Made by a program: the position numbers and the translations under genes
Assembly (NCBI GenBank): GCA_963741955.1
Contig: CAVUKB010000010.1
Span: 416,001 to 480,000, forward strand
Reading direction: 5' to 3'
Origin: an uncultured Acidobacteriota bacterium
Lineage (GTDB): Bacteria; Acidobacteriota; Thermoanaerobaculia; Gp7-AA8
DNA length: 64,000 bases
Part shown: positions 41,032 to 53,777 of the stretch, in pieces
Layout: each line of letters starts with the position of its first letter
Numbering within the stretch: the stretch's first letter is position 1
The notes under the pieces: generated by a model
Seen by the model: the letters and a program-made list of their open reading frames with translations, nothing else
Databases searched by the model: none
What the model was told of the DNA's origin: nothing

Positions 41032-41961
41032 ATGCGACACGCTTCGACAGGCCTGGTGACTCTCGCTCTGGTCCTCCTCTCCACCGTCGTGCCTCTGATG
41101 GCGACGACTCCACCGTCGAATTCGAGTGAAGGTGAACGGAAGGCACTCCTCGATGAGCTGATGCGGAGCGTCGACGTGAACTTCATGGTGGAATCCGTAG
41201 TCCATGAGAACTTCGCTGCAACCGAAGACCCACCGCCGATCAGCGAAGAGGCCGGAATCAGCGCGGGGGATGCCGAGCGTTACCGGAAGGCGCAGCAGGA
41301 GATCTCGCGAAGACAGCGGGAGGTGGTCGACCGCAGTTTGGCGCGTCTCGACCGGCAGAAGGTCGCAGAAGCGGTCATTCGCCCGGCATTCGACGCGACG
41401 TTCTCGACCGCCGAGCTTCGCGAGCTCGTGGCGTTCTACCGGACCCGAACGGGTTCGAAGATGGCGGAGCTCGGACCCGCACTGATGATTCGAGTGATGG
41501 CGCAGAGCATGGACGAGCTCCGGCCGATCTTCGGGGAAGTGACCGGGGAGATGCGGGAGGAGGACGAGCAGAACGAACCGAAGTGGAAGCGGACCATGGC
41601 GGAGATGAGGATGATCGCGACGGCAGCGGAAGCGTACGCCGTTGACAACAACGCCTACCCCGACGCGAACACGATCGATTCGCTCGCCGCTCTTCTCTCT
41701 CCGACGTACATCCGCGAGTTTCCTCGGAAAGACGGCTGGGGGAACGAATACCGCTTCGTCGTCTCGGCCGATCGGACCCACTACCGGATCGTGAGCGCGG
41801 GCGAGGATGGCGAGTTTCAGTGGGACAGCGATTCCCTCCTCGCCGCCGGTCAGCCTCGAAGCGGTGTTCGGATCACCCGCGACGGAGCGGACGACATCAT
41901 CTACCAGGACGGATCGTTCGTTCAGGTTCCCGCCGAAGGAGCTCAGTCGCCGGAATTCTGA
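41032..41961 (+). CDS. Secreted protein: DUF2059-like helical domain fused to a GspG/pilin-like C-terminal domain
   Basis: FSTAELRELVAFYRTRTGSK (DUF2059-like), then RTMAEMRMIATAAEAYAVDNNAYP...KDGWGNEY...SAGEDG (pseudopilin globular domain). Confidence 0.7.
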   Translation: MRHASTGLVTLALVLLSTVVPLMATTPPSNSSEGERKALLDELMRSVDVNFMVESVVHENFAATEDPPPISEEAGISAGDAERYRKAQQEISRRQREVVDRSLARLDRQKVAEAVIRPAFDATFSTAELRELVAFYRTRTGSKMAELGPALMIRVMAQSMDELRPIFGEVTGEMREEDEQNEPKWKRTMAEMRMIATAAEAYAVDNNAYPDANTIDSLAALLSPTYIREFPRKDGWGNEYRFVVSADRTHYRIVSAGEDGEFQWDSDSLLAAGQPRSGVRITRDGADDIIYQDGSFVQVPAEGAQSPEF

Positions 41962-43283
41962 TGGAGGTCATGCGCTCCTCCCGCGATTGTCGTCACTGCC
42001 CCGGTTGTCGAATCGATCGCGCGGATCGTGCATTCGTTCGTGTCGGTGACGAGAATGCGTCCATCTGCGGTCGTTGCCATGTATTGGGGGGTGGCGAACG
42101 GCACGTTGGACGAAACGTAACCAGGGAGTCCCCGGTCGACGGGCTGGCCACCACGTACGCTGACGTTCAGATCGGGGGTGACTTCGTAGACCGCGGAACC
42201 GGAGATCAGTAAGACGGTTCCCTGGGGATCGAAGGTGATCGACGTGATCTGAGCGGGGAAGGAAGGGAGAGAGAGCGTCGTCACCTCACCCATCGGCGAG
42301 ATCCGGCGGAGACGTCCATTGTCTCCGACGTACACCGTTCCATCCGGTGCGACACCGACACCCCATGGATGCGCGAACCGGGCTTCGCTTCCGGTGCCGT
42401 CGTTCGTTCCATACGAGCCCGGCATTCCTGCGAACGTGGTCGTCGTTCCGTCCGGACTCATCTTATAGACGGCACGTGCTCCGTCATCGGACAGGTAGAG
42501 ATTCCCCGCGGCGTCGCAGGCAAGGCCTTTGAGATCCTTGAACGGCCCCGATCGACTGCCGGTGGAGCCGTCGGGCGCGAACTTCAGGATCGCGTTGTGC
42601 TGGATGACGTAGAGGTTCCCGTCGGGTCCGGCCGCGATTCCGCGAGGAAACTCAATCTTGGTTTCGGTTCCGGCGACCGTCGTCACCAGTCCGTCCACGC
42701 CGACTTTGCGCAATGACCATTCGTCTGCGACGTAGAGATCGCCGGACGGTCCGAGCGCGATACCCACGATGCGCGCAAATCGAGCCGCGGCACGGGCTCC
42801 ATCTTTCGGAACCCAGAATCCCGGGATTCCGGCCAGCGTCGTCACCTCGTCGCCGGAGATCTTTCGGACCGAGTACGAGTCGGCCACGATGAGGTCCCCC
42901 GCGGCATCGACGGCGACTCCGCGCGGATCGAGTCGCTCCTCTCCTCCCGACCCGTCGAACCATCCCGGACCTCCGGTCGAACCGGCAAAGAACGCGAAGT
43001 TGTATCCGAGGAGATCGTGGTCGGGCGGGGTTGCCTCTTTCGAGCTGCTCTGATCGGCCGCAAGAATCGAAAACACCGGGACAGCAATCAGAAAGAGCGA
43101 AAGCGAGAACGCACCCGAACCATTGGTGGTGAGTGCGCCGAGTGATTCTCCTCCCGGCGGTGCGAGGTTGCAATGGTCGTGGCACGTAACCCGTGACCGG
43201 AGCCGACTCGATGGCATCGTCCGATGGCTCGTTCGCTTCCGGTGAGGTGAAGGGAGTTGGCGGGTTCCGGCGTCTCTTCTCAC
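41943..43283 (-). CDS. NHL-repeat beta-propeller protein; true start uncertain, possibly 3'-truncated
   Basis: Repeated PRGVAVDAAGDLIVAD, ARFAHPWGVGVAPDG and VTTLAG motifs. The ORF ends abruptly and overlaps the convergent gene. Confidence 0.75.
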   Translation of the reverse strand: MRRDAGTRQLPSPHRKRTSHRTMPSSRLRSRVTCHDHCNLAPPGGESLGALTTNGSGAFSLSLFLIAVPVFSILAADQSSSKEATPPDHDLLGYNFAFFAGSTGGPGWFDGSGGEERLDPRGVAVDAAGDLIVADSYSVRKISGDEVTTLAGIPGFWVPKDGARAAARFARIVGIALGPSGDLYVADEWSLRKVGVDGLVTTVAGTETKIEFPRGIAAGPDGNLYVIQHNAILKFAPDGSTGSRSGPFKDLKGLACDAAGNLYLSDDGARAVYKMSPDGTTTTFAGMPGSYGTNDGTGSEARFAHPWGVGVAPDGTVYVGDNGRLRRISPMGEVTTLSLPSFPAQITSITFDPQGTVLLISGSAVYEVTPDLNVSVRGGQPVDRGLPGYVSSNVPFATPQYMATTADGRILVTDTNECTIRAIDSTTGAVTTIAGGAHDLHQNSGD

Positions 43284-44656
43284 TCCGGACGTTTGAGGCC
43301 GAGGGCCGCGAGTTTCTGGTGGAGGTAGGTGCGCTGGATTCCGAGCAGCTGCGCCGCACGGGTGAGATTCCAGTTCGTTTGAAGGAGTACGCGCTCCAGG
43401 TAGTCGTGCTCACATCGTGACTTGAAATCCCTGAGCGGGATCACCGGCGACGTGGACGGCGGTAGGATGGGAGCGCCTCCGGTCTCTGCGGGATTAAGGA
43501 TGGTGGACGGGAGCTGCTCGACCGTGATCGGGTCGGTGCCGAAGACGGAGAGCCGCTCGCAGAGATTTCGAAGCTCCCGCACGTTCCCGGGCCAGTGGTA
43601 GCCATTGAGGCGGTCGAGCGCCTCCTCGTTGCAGTCGAAAGGAGGTCGCTGATTTTCGCGGCAGGCGAGATCGAGAAAGTGGCGGAACAGGAGCGGGACG
43701 TCCGTCGTGCGATCGCGGAGTGGCGGAACTGCGATCGGGACGGTGGAGATCCGATAGAAGAGGTCCTCGCGAAAGCGGCCCTCCCGCACCATCGTGCCGA
43801 GATCCTGGTTCGTCGCGGCGATGAGCCGGACATCGACCAGCCGTTCGGCGTGCTCTCCAATCCGTCGGACTCTTCCGTCTTCGAGCACGCGGAGGAGCCG
43901 AGCCTGGAGATCGAGGTCCATATCGCCGATCTCGTCGAGGAAGAGGGTTCCCCGATGTGCGGCCTCGAACAGCCCGGCTCGTGTCACCCGTGCATCGGTG
44001 AAGGCACCCCGTACGTGTCCGAAGAGTTCACTTTCGACGAGGTGACGCGGGATCGCCGCGCAATTGATCTTCACGAAAGGTTGAGCGGCGCGCGGACTCA
44101 GATTGTGGATCGCGGCCGCGACGAGCTCCTTTCCCGTTCCGCTCTCTCCGGTCACGAGGACGCGCGCGGTCGTCGGACCGACCTTCTCGATCGCGTCGCG
44201 GACCTTCCGAATCGACCACGAGCGCCCCAGGATTCCGTGGTGCCGGGCGGATCCGGAACGGAGCTCCGCCAGCTCGCGCTGCACCCGAAAATGTTCGAGG
44301 CAGTTTCTGACCGAGTGCATCAGACGTTCACGCGTGAACGGCTTCTCGAGAAAGTCCCAGACCCCGAGCCGCAGCGCCTCGACGGTCTCCGAGATCGAAG
44401 CTTCGCCGGAAACGACGATGGTCGGAGGAAGCTCTCCGTCGTCGACGAGTCTCCGAACCAGCTCGACCCCGGAGATTCCCGGAAGCCGCACATCCAGGAG
44501 GAGAAGATCCGGACGGACGGAGGCCCGGTCTGCCCACGCTTCGGCCATCTCTTCTGCGGACGGGAACGAGCGTGCCCCGAATCCACGGTCACGGAGCTCG
44601 AGAGTCATGTTGCCGCGGAGAACCGCATCGTCTTCGACGATCCAGATCAGACTCAC
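43280..44656 (-). CDS. sigma54-interacting response regulator (NtrC/NtrX family)
   Basis: REC domain (LLDVRLP), [29 protein letters not shown] and Fis HTH. GTG start. Confidence 0.9.
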   Translation of the reverse strand: MSLIWIVEDDAVLRGNMTLELRDRGFGARSFPSAEEMAEAWADRASVRPDLLLLDVRLPGISGVELVRRLVDDGELPPTIVVSGEASISETVEALRLGVWDFLEKPFTRERLMHSVRNCLEHFRVQRELAELRSGSARHHGILGRSWSIRKVRDAIEKVGPTTARVLVTGESGTGKELVAAAIHNLSPRAAQPFVKINCAAIPRHLVESELFGHVRGAFTDARVTRAGLFEAAHRGTLFLDEIGDMDLDLQARLLRVLEDGRVRRIGEHAERLVDVRLIAATNQDLGTMVREGRFREDLFYRISTVPIAVPPLRDRTTDVPLLFRHFLDLACRENQRPPFDCNEEALDRLNGYHWPGNVRELRNLCERLSVFGTDPITVEQLPSTILNPAETGGAPILPPSTSPVIPLRDFKSRCEHDYLERVLLQTNWNLTRAAQLLGIQRTYLHQKLAALGLKRPE

Positions 44657-45855
44657 TCTCCGCCTCCCGGCTTCGGAAGCAGCAGACGAAACGTCGTGCA
44701 GCGTTCGGAGGTGGAGACGAGCTCCAGATCTCCGTGGTGATCGAGCATGATCTTTCGCGCGATCGCGAGGCCCAGTCCCATTCCTTCGCCTGGCCGGCTG
44801 GTGGTGTTGTACGGCTCGAAGAGCCGCGCGAGGATCGGTGCGGGGATTCCACGGCCATCGTCCCGGTGCTCGATTGCGATCATGCCGTTCTCCTCTCCAA
44901 CGGAGACGCGGATCGTCCCATTCTCCTCCATCGCTCGGGCGCTGTTCGCACAGAGATTGGCGAGAACGCGGCGGATCAGCTCCGGATCGAAGGCCGCGAC
45001 TGCATCGCTGTCTGTGGAGCATTCGAGCCCGACTCCTTTCCACGCCTCGCGGAACGTCGTGCAGAACTCTTCGAGGAACGGAGCAACGGGGAGAGTGCGA
45101 AGCGCCGGTTCGGCGATCGTTCCGAACGACGAGTACTGCCGGGTGAAACGGCGAAGCGCTTCGAGCTCCGACCGGACCGACTCGACCAGCGAATCGACGG
45201 CGCCGGGCTCGGGGGAGGCGGAGCGAGCGGCATCCGCCAGTCGCTCGACGCCGAGCTGCAACGACGTGAGGGGAGTGCGGATCTCGTGTGCGTGCCGGCG
45301 GGCAGCTTCCTGCCAGACCTGAAGATGGCGCAGTGATTCGATCCTCCGGTGATCGCGGACCATCCGCTTCGACGTCGCTTCGATCATCCGCGCGATCCGT
45401 CCGACGGTGTCGGCGGAGGTCTCGTCGACCCGAACCTCTTCGATCCCGGAGAGTCCGTCCAGTGCCCCTCCGATCCGCGCCAGCCGTCGCTGCTCCCGCC
45501 GCCGTTCGATGAGATACCAGGAGGAGACGATCAACACGCCAGCGAAGAAGACGCCGACCAGGATCAGATCGTATCGGCGGGTCATCGAATCGCGACTGAG
45601 TGCGAGGACTTCCAGTCTCGTTTCGAGCCTGCGGAGGTTCTCGAAGCGGCCGCGATACTGATCCCGATGCGCCGGGTCGAGCTGCGCGAGACGCTTCTGA
45701 TCTTCGAGGGACCGGCTCACCGCATTCCGAACGTCAGGATGGAGTGAAAAAGAGAGCCACGTCGACGAGATGCGGTGCTGAAAAGCATACAGTCCGATCG
45801 CTGCTCCGACCGAGAGAAGCACTGCGACCACCACCATTCTGGAGAGTGTGTTCAT
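44653..45855 (-). CDS. Membrane sensor histidine kinase (NtrY-like H-box)
   Basis: Two TM segments, WQEAARRHAHEIRTPLT, GMGLGL. Confidence 0.85.
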   Translation of the reverse strand: MNTLSRMVVVAVLLSVGAAIGLYAFQHRISSTWLSFSLHPDVRNAVSRSLEDQKRLAQLDPAHRDQYRGRFENLRRLETRLEVLALSRDSMTRRYDLILVGVFFAGVLIVSSWYLIERRREQRRLARIGGALDGLSGIEEVRVDETSADTVGRIARMIEATSKRMVRDHRRIESLRHLQVWQEAARRHAHEIRTPLTSLQLGVERLADAARSASPEPGAVDSLVESVRSELEALRRFTRQYSSFGTIAEPALRTLPVAPFLEEFCTTFREAWKGVGLECSTDSDAVAAFDPELIRRVLANLCANSARAMEENGTIRVSVGEENGMIAIEHRDDGRGIPAPILARLFEPYNTTSRPGEGMGLGLAIARKIMLDHHGDLELVSTSERCTTFRLLLPKPGGGE

Positions 45856-46478
45856 GGACTCAGTCCGATCGTCCAGCGATACGTGAGAACCGGCCGTGCC
45901 TGAATGGACGTCGCGATCAGGGCGTCGATGATTCCGCCGGAGCCCGGCGCATTCCTGGTGTTGTCCTCTTTCGAGATGTCCGCCGCTTCGCTCGCTCCCC
46001 TCGATGTCAAGCCGGCGGCTTCGCCGATCCAGTCTCGCGTCTCCTGCTCCTCGGATGGGGAAAACGGAAGCACGCGCAACCCGACCATCACTCTGCCCGG
46101 CTCTCCTCGTGCGACAGAGAAGAGTCGGAGGGGTTGGGCCGTCCACCAGGCTCGGAGGGCCTGAAGATCCCCGACCCGGAGAAGATCACTCCGTCCGCTC
46201 CCGTCGACCACGCGCGCGAGATAGACCTCGTCCCACGGGTCGTACCGGACTTCGATCCGAGCCTGTCGCGCCGCGCCGCCGAATTTCGCGTCGACCAGGA
46301 ATGTGGTGGTGAGACCGGATTGCAGTCGTTCCTGGATGATCTCCTTGCTAAGGAGAGACGAAGGAAGGATGACGGCGATCTGATCGTCGATCCGTCGCGC
46401 CACGGGAACGTCTCCGGCGAGAGCGACGAAAGGAGCGAGTGCCAGGGCGAGCGCGAAGGCGCAGCGAAGTCGGCTCAT
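45852..46478 (-). CDS. Periplasmic protein, possibly DUF4390-like
   Basis: Signal peptide; ERLQSGLTTTF and VRYDPWDEVY motifs. Translationally coupled to the kinase. Confidence 0.55.
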   Translation of the reverse strand: MSRLRCAFALALALAPFVALAGDVPVARRIDDQIAVILPSSLLSKEIIQERLQSGLTTTFLVDAKFGGAARQARIEVRYDPWDEVYLARVVDGSGRSDLLRVGDLQALRAWWTAQPLRLFSVARGEPGRVMVGLRVLPFSPSEEQETRDWIGEAAGLTSRGASEAADISKEDNTRNAPGSGGIIDALIATSIQARPVLTYRWTIGLSP

Positions 46479-47746
46479 CGCGGCCACCCGGGAAGACCAC
46501 TCGAGCCGCTGTCCGGGATCGGTGTGTAAGGGATCGTCTCGCGATCCGTCCACGGCTCGAACGCCGCCCGAATGGTGATCAAGCCCCATCCGTTCCGGAA
46601 CACGAGGCCTGCACCCAGCTCGATCGACTGCGAGTCGAACCGCGAATCGGAGCGATGGTATTCGGAGAAAACCTGCCAGCGGAAGTATCCGTCCGTCTGG
46701 CTCCGCTCCGGGCTCCAGAAGCTGTCGGAATAGCCGATGCGCACGCTCTCGGCGTACGCGGTTCCTCCGAGGTATGAGTTCAGACCCCCGGAGCCCGCGA
46801 GTCTGCCGTAGTCGGATCTCACTGCACTGACGTCGACGCCAGTCTCGAACGAGCCCTGTGTGAACAGCGGCCTGTGACGGGCCGCTCCGATTTCGAGCGA
46901 CGACTGGTTCAGCGTGACTCTTTCGGCGGTCCACTGCGACGGGATGCCTCGGGAGATCAGGAACGGCTGTGAGGAGTGAGCGAATCCGATGGTGGCACTC
47001 GCGACGATGCCTTCGACCGGAAGGAACGGATCGTCGGTCGAATCGTAGATCCAGCTCAGACCCGCAGCAGTCGCCCGGTTTCGCAGAGCGAGTGGCGAAG
47101 CGCCCGGGCAACAATCCAGCGGTCCGAAATCGTAAGAGTAGGAAAAGTGGCTGGCGTTGAAGCGGAGCGCCTGATTGCCGACCGTGGGGACGGTCAGCGT
47201 CAACGAAGGAGAAAGGTCGAAACGGGAGTCGGTCTTCTTCTCCAGATTGACGTTGAGAAGACCGCCGCGACCGAACAGGTCGTAGCGGTTGATTCCGAGG
47301 TTCACGTCGCCGAAGCCGTTGAACCCGGTCCCCGCAGCGAGGTAGCTCTCGGTCGACTGGCCGAAGAACCAGCGGTGTCCGCCCTGAATCGCCTCGTTCT
47401 TTCCGCCTCCTTCGAACACTGCGCCGCCGAGTTGAAAGAACCAGAGTCGCGTTTCGGTGACCTTCAGGACGAGGACGTAGCGGCCGCGTTCCGATCCCTT
47501 CTCCAATGCGAGATCACATGCCACGACGAAGGGAAGCCGCTGGACGCGATTCGCAGCGTCGTGCATCTCGGTCTCGCTGTAGGCGTGCCCTTCCTGAAGT
47601 CGCGATTCGGCCAGAATGATGGACGCAGAAACGTGGTGCAGATTGCGAACCTCGATCCGCTCGATGAAGAACTTCGTGTTCTCTCCCCGGGCGCTCCAGG
47701 GGATGAGGCCCGCGAGCAGGAAGAAGAGAAGAAATCGTGATCGCAT
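46475..47746 (-). CDS. Outer-membrane protein with one POTRA domain and a beta-barrel (Omp85-like)
   Basis: IERIEVRN...LVLKVTE POTRA, NRYDLFGRG, and YDSTDDPFLPVEG barrel motif. Confidence 0.7.
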   Translation of the reverse strand: MRSRFLLFFLLAGLIPWSARGENTKFFIERIEVRNLHHVSASIILAESRLQEGHAYSETEMHDAANRVQRLPFVVACDLALEKGSERGRYVLVLKVTETRLWFFQLGGAVFEGGGKNEAIQGGHRWFFGQSTESYLAAGTGFNGFGDVNLGINRYDLFGRGGLLNVNLEKKTDSRFDLSPSLTLTVPTVGNQALRFNASHFSYSYDFGPLDCCPGASPLALRNRATAAGLSWIYDSTDDPFLPVEGIVASATIGFAHSSQPFLISRGIPSQWTAERVTLNQSSLEIGAARHRPLFTQGSFETGVDVSAVRSDYGRLAGSGGLNSYLGGTAYAESVRIGYSDSFWSPERSQTDGYFRWQVFSEYHRSDSRFDSQSIELGAGLVFRNGWGLITIRAAFEPWTDRETIPYTPIPDSGSSGLPGWPR

Positions 47747-48078
47747 CAGAACCCTCCTGGTGCCGGCGATCCTTCGAGGTCCGCCGGATCCTGGAGGGAA
47801 CCCAGGGGCGAACGGTCTGCCACGACGTTGCAGGTCGCCGTGCATGGCGGGTCGTCTCCCGAACTTCCTTGCGGCACAGAGAGTTGGAGCCATCGGCGAT
47901 CCTTTCGGGGTTTGCCGGTTGAGGACGGGAGTGTCAGCTTTTTCTTACACCCGAGTGTCTGTTTCTGTCGACAGGTTTTTGTGACGAAGCGAACGACATC
48001 AGCCGATCAGGAACGTCGGCGGTCACACGAAGGATCGATCATCGCGGATGCTCACGCATGGCATCATGGAGCCGACTC

Positions 48079-48705
48079 ATGCCGAAGAGCGGAACTTTCG
48101 ACGAGCAAACGGTCGCCTACGACGCCTGGTTCGAGCGCAACCGCCCGGTGTACCAGGTCGAGCTCGAGGCGATCCGTCAGGTGCTCCCGCTCGCAACCGG
48201 CGCGCTCGGCGTCGAGGTCGGGATCGGCTCGGGGAGATTCGCCGCACCGCTCGGAATCGGGATGGGTGTCGAACCGTCGATCAGGATGGCGGCGACGGCG
48301 AGACTGCGCGACGTTCGCGTCGTTCTCGGAGTCGCCGAGAAGCTTCCTTTGCAGTCGGAACCGATTTCGTGTTGATTGTGACCACGATCTGTTTCCTCGA
48401 CGACCTCGCGCAGTCGCTGCGTGAAGCTGCGCGCGTGCTCAGGCGCGGTGGATCGATCGTGATCGGTTTCGTCGATCGGGAGAGTGCTTCCGGGACGAGA
48501 GTACGAAGCGCGGAAAGAAGCCAGCCGGTTCTACCGAGAGGCGACATTCATCCCGGCGTCGGAACTTCTGGATCACCTTCGAAGATCGCGATTCGAGATC
48601 GCGAGTCTCCGGCAGACGCTGATCCCGAACGAGCCGGAGGGAACGATTCTCGACGATTTCGGGGAGGGAGGATTCGTAGTGGTGGAAGGGCGGAAGGTCG
48701 GGTGA
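48079..48705 (+). pseudogene. Class I SAM-dependent methyltransferase with two frameshifts
   Basis: YDAWFE...VEVGIGSGRF...GVAEKLP, then DFVLIVTTICFLDD...RVLRRGG in a second frame, then GREYEARKEASRFYREATF in a third frame. Confidence 0.8.
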
Positions 48706-48790
48706 TCCAGCGCGGCGCACTCGGCGGTTACGGATCGGTTGATCGTGGCTGCCTGCCCGTGACCTCCTTCTGCGCCGTCGAGAGCGTCGG

Positions 48791-48819
48791 TTGACGAGGT
48801 AGCTACTGGAGGCTACCTT
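48791..48819 (+). promoter_or_regulatory. TA promoter with overlapping palindromic operator
   Basis: TTGACG-N17-TACCTT; inverted repeat AGGTAGC-N8-GCTACCT at 48797-48818; ATG 48826 at leaderless distance. Confidence 0.6.
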
Positions 48820-48825
48820 TTGGAG

Positions 48826-49110
48826 ATGCGATCCGTTGGCATCAAGACTCTGAAGAACCGGCTGAGTGAATATGTCCGGATCGCCTCTCAAGGCGAAGTG
48901 GTTCTCGTGACGGATCGCGACCGGGTGGTGGCCGAGATCACTGCACCGCGTGCCGGTCGCGCCGAAACGGTGACGGATGCCGTACTGGCCGAAGCAGTCC
49001 GGAAAGGATGGATCACGCCGCCGGCGATTCGACGATCCCCCCCGCGACAGCCGGTCAAATCGATCGATGAGATTCTGGAGGATCTTTCTCGAGACCGGAG
49101 CGATCGTTGA
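48826..49110 (+). CDS. Phd/YefM-family antitoxin
   Basis: MRSVGIKTLKNRLSEYVRIASQGEVVLVTDRDRVVAEI. Confidence 0.88.
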   Translation: MRSVGIKTLKNRLSEYVRIASQGEVVLVTDRDRVVAEITAPRAGRAETVTDAVLAEAVRKGWITPPAIRRSPPRQPVKSIDEILEDLSRDRSDR

Positions 49111-49493
49111 TCTACCTCGACACGTCCGTGGCTCTGGCGCAATTGCTCGCGGAGGATCGGCAGCCGCCGGAGGAGCTGTGGGCCGAGACGATCGTCAGCA
49201 GCAGATTGCTCGAATACGAATTGTGGAACGCAATTCATCGCCATGGACTGATGGCATCTCACGCCGAAGCGGCCCGACAGCTCCTCGAGGCCCTGGCGTT
49301 TGCCGAGCTTTCCCGCGAAACGTTGCGGCGCGCCCTGGAGCCGTTTCCGGTACCCGTCCGAACGCTGGAGGCTCTTCACCTGGCGTCGGTCCTGTTTCTA
49401 CGCGATCAGGGGCTCGAGCTGGAGCTCGCCTCCTACGATGGTCGTATGATCGAAGCGGCTACGGCACTGGGAATTCCTCTCGCGGAGTGCTGA
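49107..49493 (+). CDS. vapC: PIN-domain (VapC-like) toxin
   Basis: Motifs MIYLDTS, RTLEALHLAS and SYDGRM; 4-bp overlap with the antitoxin. Confidence 0.85.
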   Translation: MIYLDTSVALAQLLAEDRQPPEELWAETIVSSRLLEYELWNAIHRHGLMASHAEAARQLLEALAFAELSRETLRRALEPFPVPVRTLEALHLASVLFLRDQGLELELASYDGRMIEAATALGIPLAEC

Positions 49494-49684
49494 GGCATCA
49501 CGAATCCTCCCGTCGAATGAAGACGTGACCCCAGAGGTGGGGAGGTGCGCGAGCAGGAAAAGAAAGTGGGGCACACGCCTCACCCAGATGCGAGATCCGG
49601 CGGAGACCTCCATTGTCTCTCAAGTACACCGAGCCGTCGGGCGCGACACCGCGAGGGCCGCAGAGAAGAGATTCGCCGCCCGGA

Positions 49685-50338
49685 TCAGGACGTGCGGGGG
49701 GCGTTTCTCGACGCGATCAGTCGATCCACTCTCCCCGAGGCGTACCGGAGGTGGAGGATCGGATAGACGTTGAGCGGTACGTGTATCGCGCACGCGAGAG
49801 CGACCGGAAGCCACCGGCCGCGGAGCAGCCAGTACGCGAGCCATGGAGCCGAGAGGAGGATTCCCCAGAGATGGACCGTCTCGGCGTCATACATGGCGCG
49901 CAGTACGTGCGCAACGTCGCGACGGGTCGTCCGGAGATAGACGTCCCCTCCGAGAGCTCGCAGCGGGGTGTTCCTCAGGAGCGACCCGAACGCACGAATC
50001 GCGGTCCAGCGGGAGCGAAGGATCCGCAGTTCGAGGGGTCGGACCTTCAGTATGGCATCCGGAACGGGGAGCCGGATGCAGGACTGAACCACCGCAGCCC
50101 AGGCGGTGACGAGGGGGACGACGAGAGCCGCGAAGACGTTCGGCTGCATGGCGAACAGACGGCGGAAAGCGAAGAGTGCGAAGAGGACGGCGGCGGTGCC
50201 GGTCGCGAGCACGGCGATGGTTCGCGCGCGATCGGGTCCCGCGATCTCCGAGCGCTTCCGGCTCCACATCACCAGAACGCCCGCCACGGCGCCGGCGACC
50301 GATGCGGAGAAGAGGAGTGCGTACGTGTGAGAGGACAT
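49685..50338 (-). CDS. Membrane protein, CrtO-like (glycosyl-4,4'-diaponeurosporenoate acyltransferase family)
   Basis: AETVH and NVYPILHLRY..GR motifs. Confidence 0.6.
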   Translation of the reverse strand: MSSHTYALLFSASVAGAVAGVLVMWSRKRSEIAGPDRARTIAVLATGTAAVLFALFAFRRLFAMQPNVFAALVVPLVTAWAAVVQSCIRLPVPDAILKVRPLELRILRSRWTAIRAFGSLLRNTPLRALGGDVYLRTTRRDVAHVLRAMYDAETVHLWGILLSAPWLAYWLLRGRWLPVALACAIHVPLNVYPILHLRYASGRVDRLIASRNAPRTS

Positions 50339-50528
50339 GATTCGGCTCTCGGACTACTGCATGGTGGGATCGTATCGCATCTCCGAGACGCGGCTGCTCG
50401 CAACGGTCTGACCGGCGTGACGCGAATGAAAGCCGCTCGTCGAGATCGATTCGCGGAGTTGCCGCTGCTCCTCTGCGCGGTCCCGGCGGCGAGTCGGGCT
50501 CGTGACGGGCGAATGCCGAGCTCGAACG

Positions 50529-50563
50529 AAAAAGCGGGGCGTGCGATTGATCGCGCGCCCCGC
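50529..50563 (-). terminator. Rho-independent terminator of icd
   Basis: Minus strand GCGGGGCGCGCGATC-AATCGCACGCCCCGC-TTTTT. Confidence 0.75.
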
Positions 50564-50586
50564 AGGTGAGGAACCGTGATGATCGA

Positions 50587-53004
<2,418 letters not shown>

Positions 53005-53087
53005 TCAAGCACACGCCGCCTGAGCAGAGTGCGGAGACGGTTACGTCTCGTTGTGATCTTGCTCACAGGGAGGGGATGCCGGTAGCA

Positions 53088-53754
53088 GGTGAGACGCCCC
53101 GAAGGGGCGGCGGAGATTAGCCGGTGGGAAGAGCGGCGGCAGCCGCGCGCACCCACCGGAGGAGAAGACAAACGAACGGGTGAGACGCCCCGAAGGGGCG
53201 GGGGAGATTAGCCGGTGGGAAGCGGGGCGATAGCCGCGCGCACCCACCGGAGGAGAAGACAAACGAACGGGTGAGACGCCCCGAAGGGGCGGCGGAGATT
53301 AGCCGGTGGGAAGAGCGGCGGCAGCCGCGCGCACCCACCGGAGGAGAAGACAAACGAACGGGTGAGACGCCCCGAAGGGGCGGCGGAGATTAGCCGGTGG
53401 GAAGAGCGGCGGCAGCCGCGCGCACCCACCGGAGGAGAAGACAAACGAACGGGTGAGACGCCCCGAAGGGGCGGGGGAGATTAGCCGGTGGGAAGCGGGG
53501 CGATAGCCGCGCGCACCCACCGGAGGAGAAGACAAACGAACAGGTGAGACGCCCCGAAGGGGCGGCGGAGATTAGCCGGTGGGAAGAGCGGGGCGATAGC
53601 CGCGCGCACCCACCGGAGGAGAAGACAAACGAACGGGTGAGACGCCCCGAAGGGGCGGCGGAGATTAGCCGGTGGGAAGAGCGGCGGCAGCCGCGCGCAC
53701 CCACCGGAGGAGAAGACAAACGAACGGGTGAGACGCCCCGAAGGGGCGGCGGAG
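53088..53754 (-). repeat. Tandem array of 91-bp double-hairpin REP-like units (7 full + 1 partial), at the 3' side of tnpA
   Basis: Unit starts at 53088, 53179, 53270, 53361, 53452, 53543, 53636 and 53727. Hairpins CGCCCC-GAA-GGGGCG and CCGGTGGG...CCCACCGG. Confidence 0.95.
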
Positions 53755-53777
53755 AAGCTGCGCAAAACGCGACGAGG

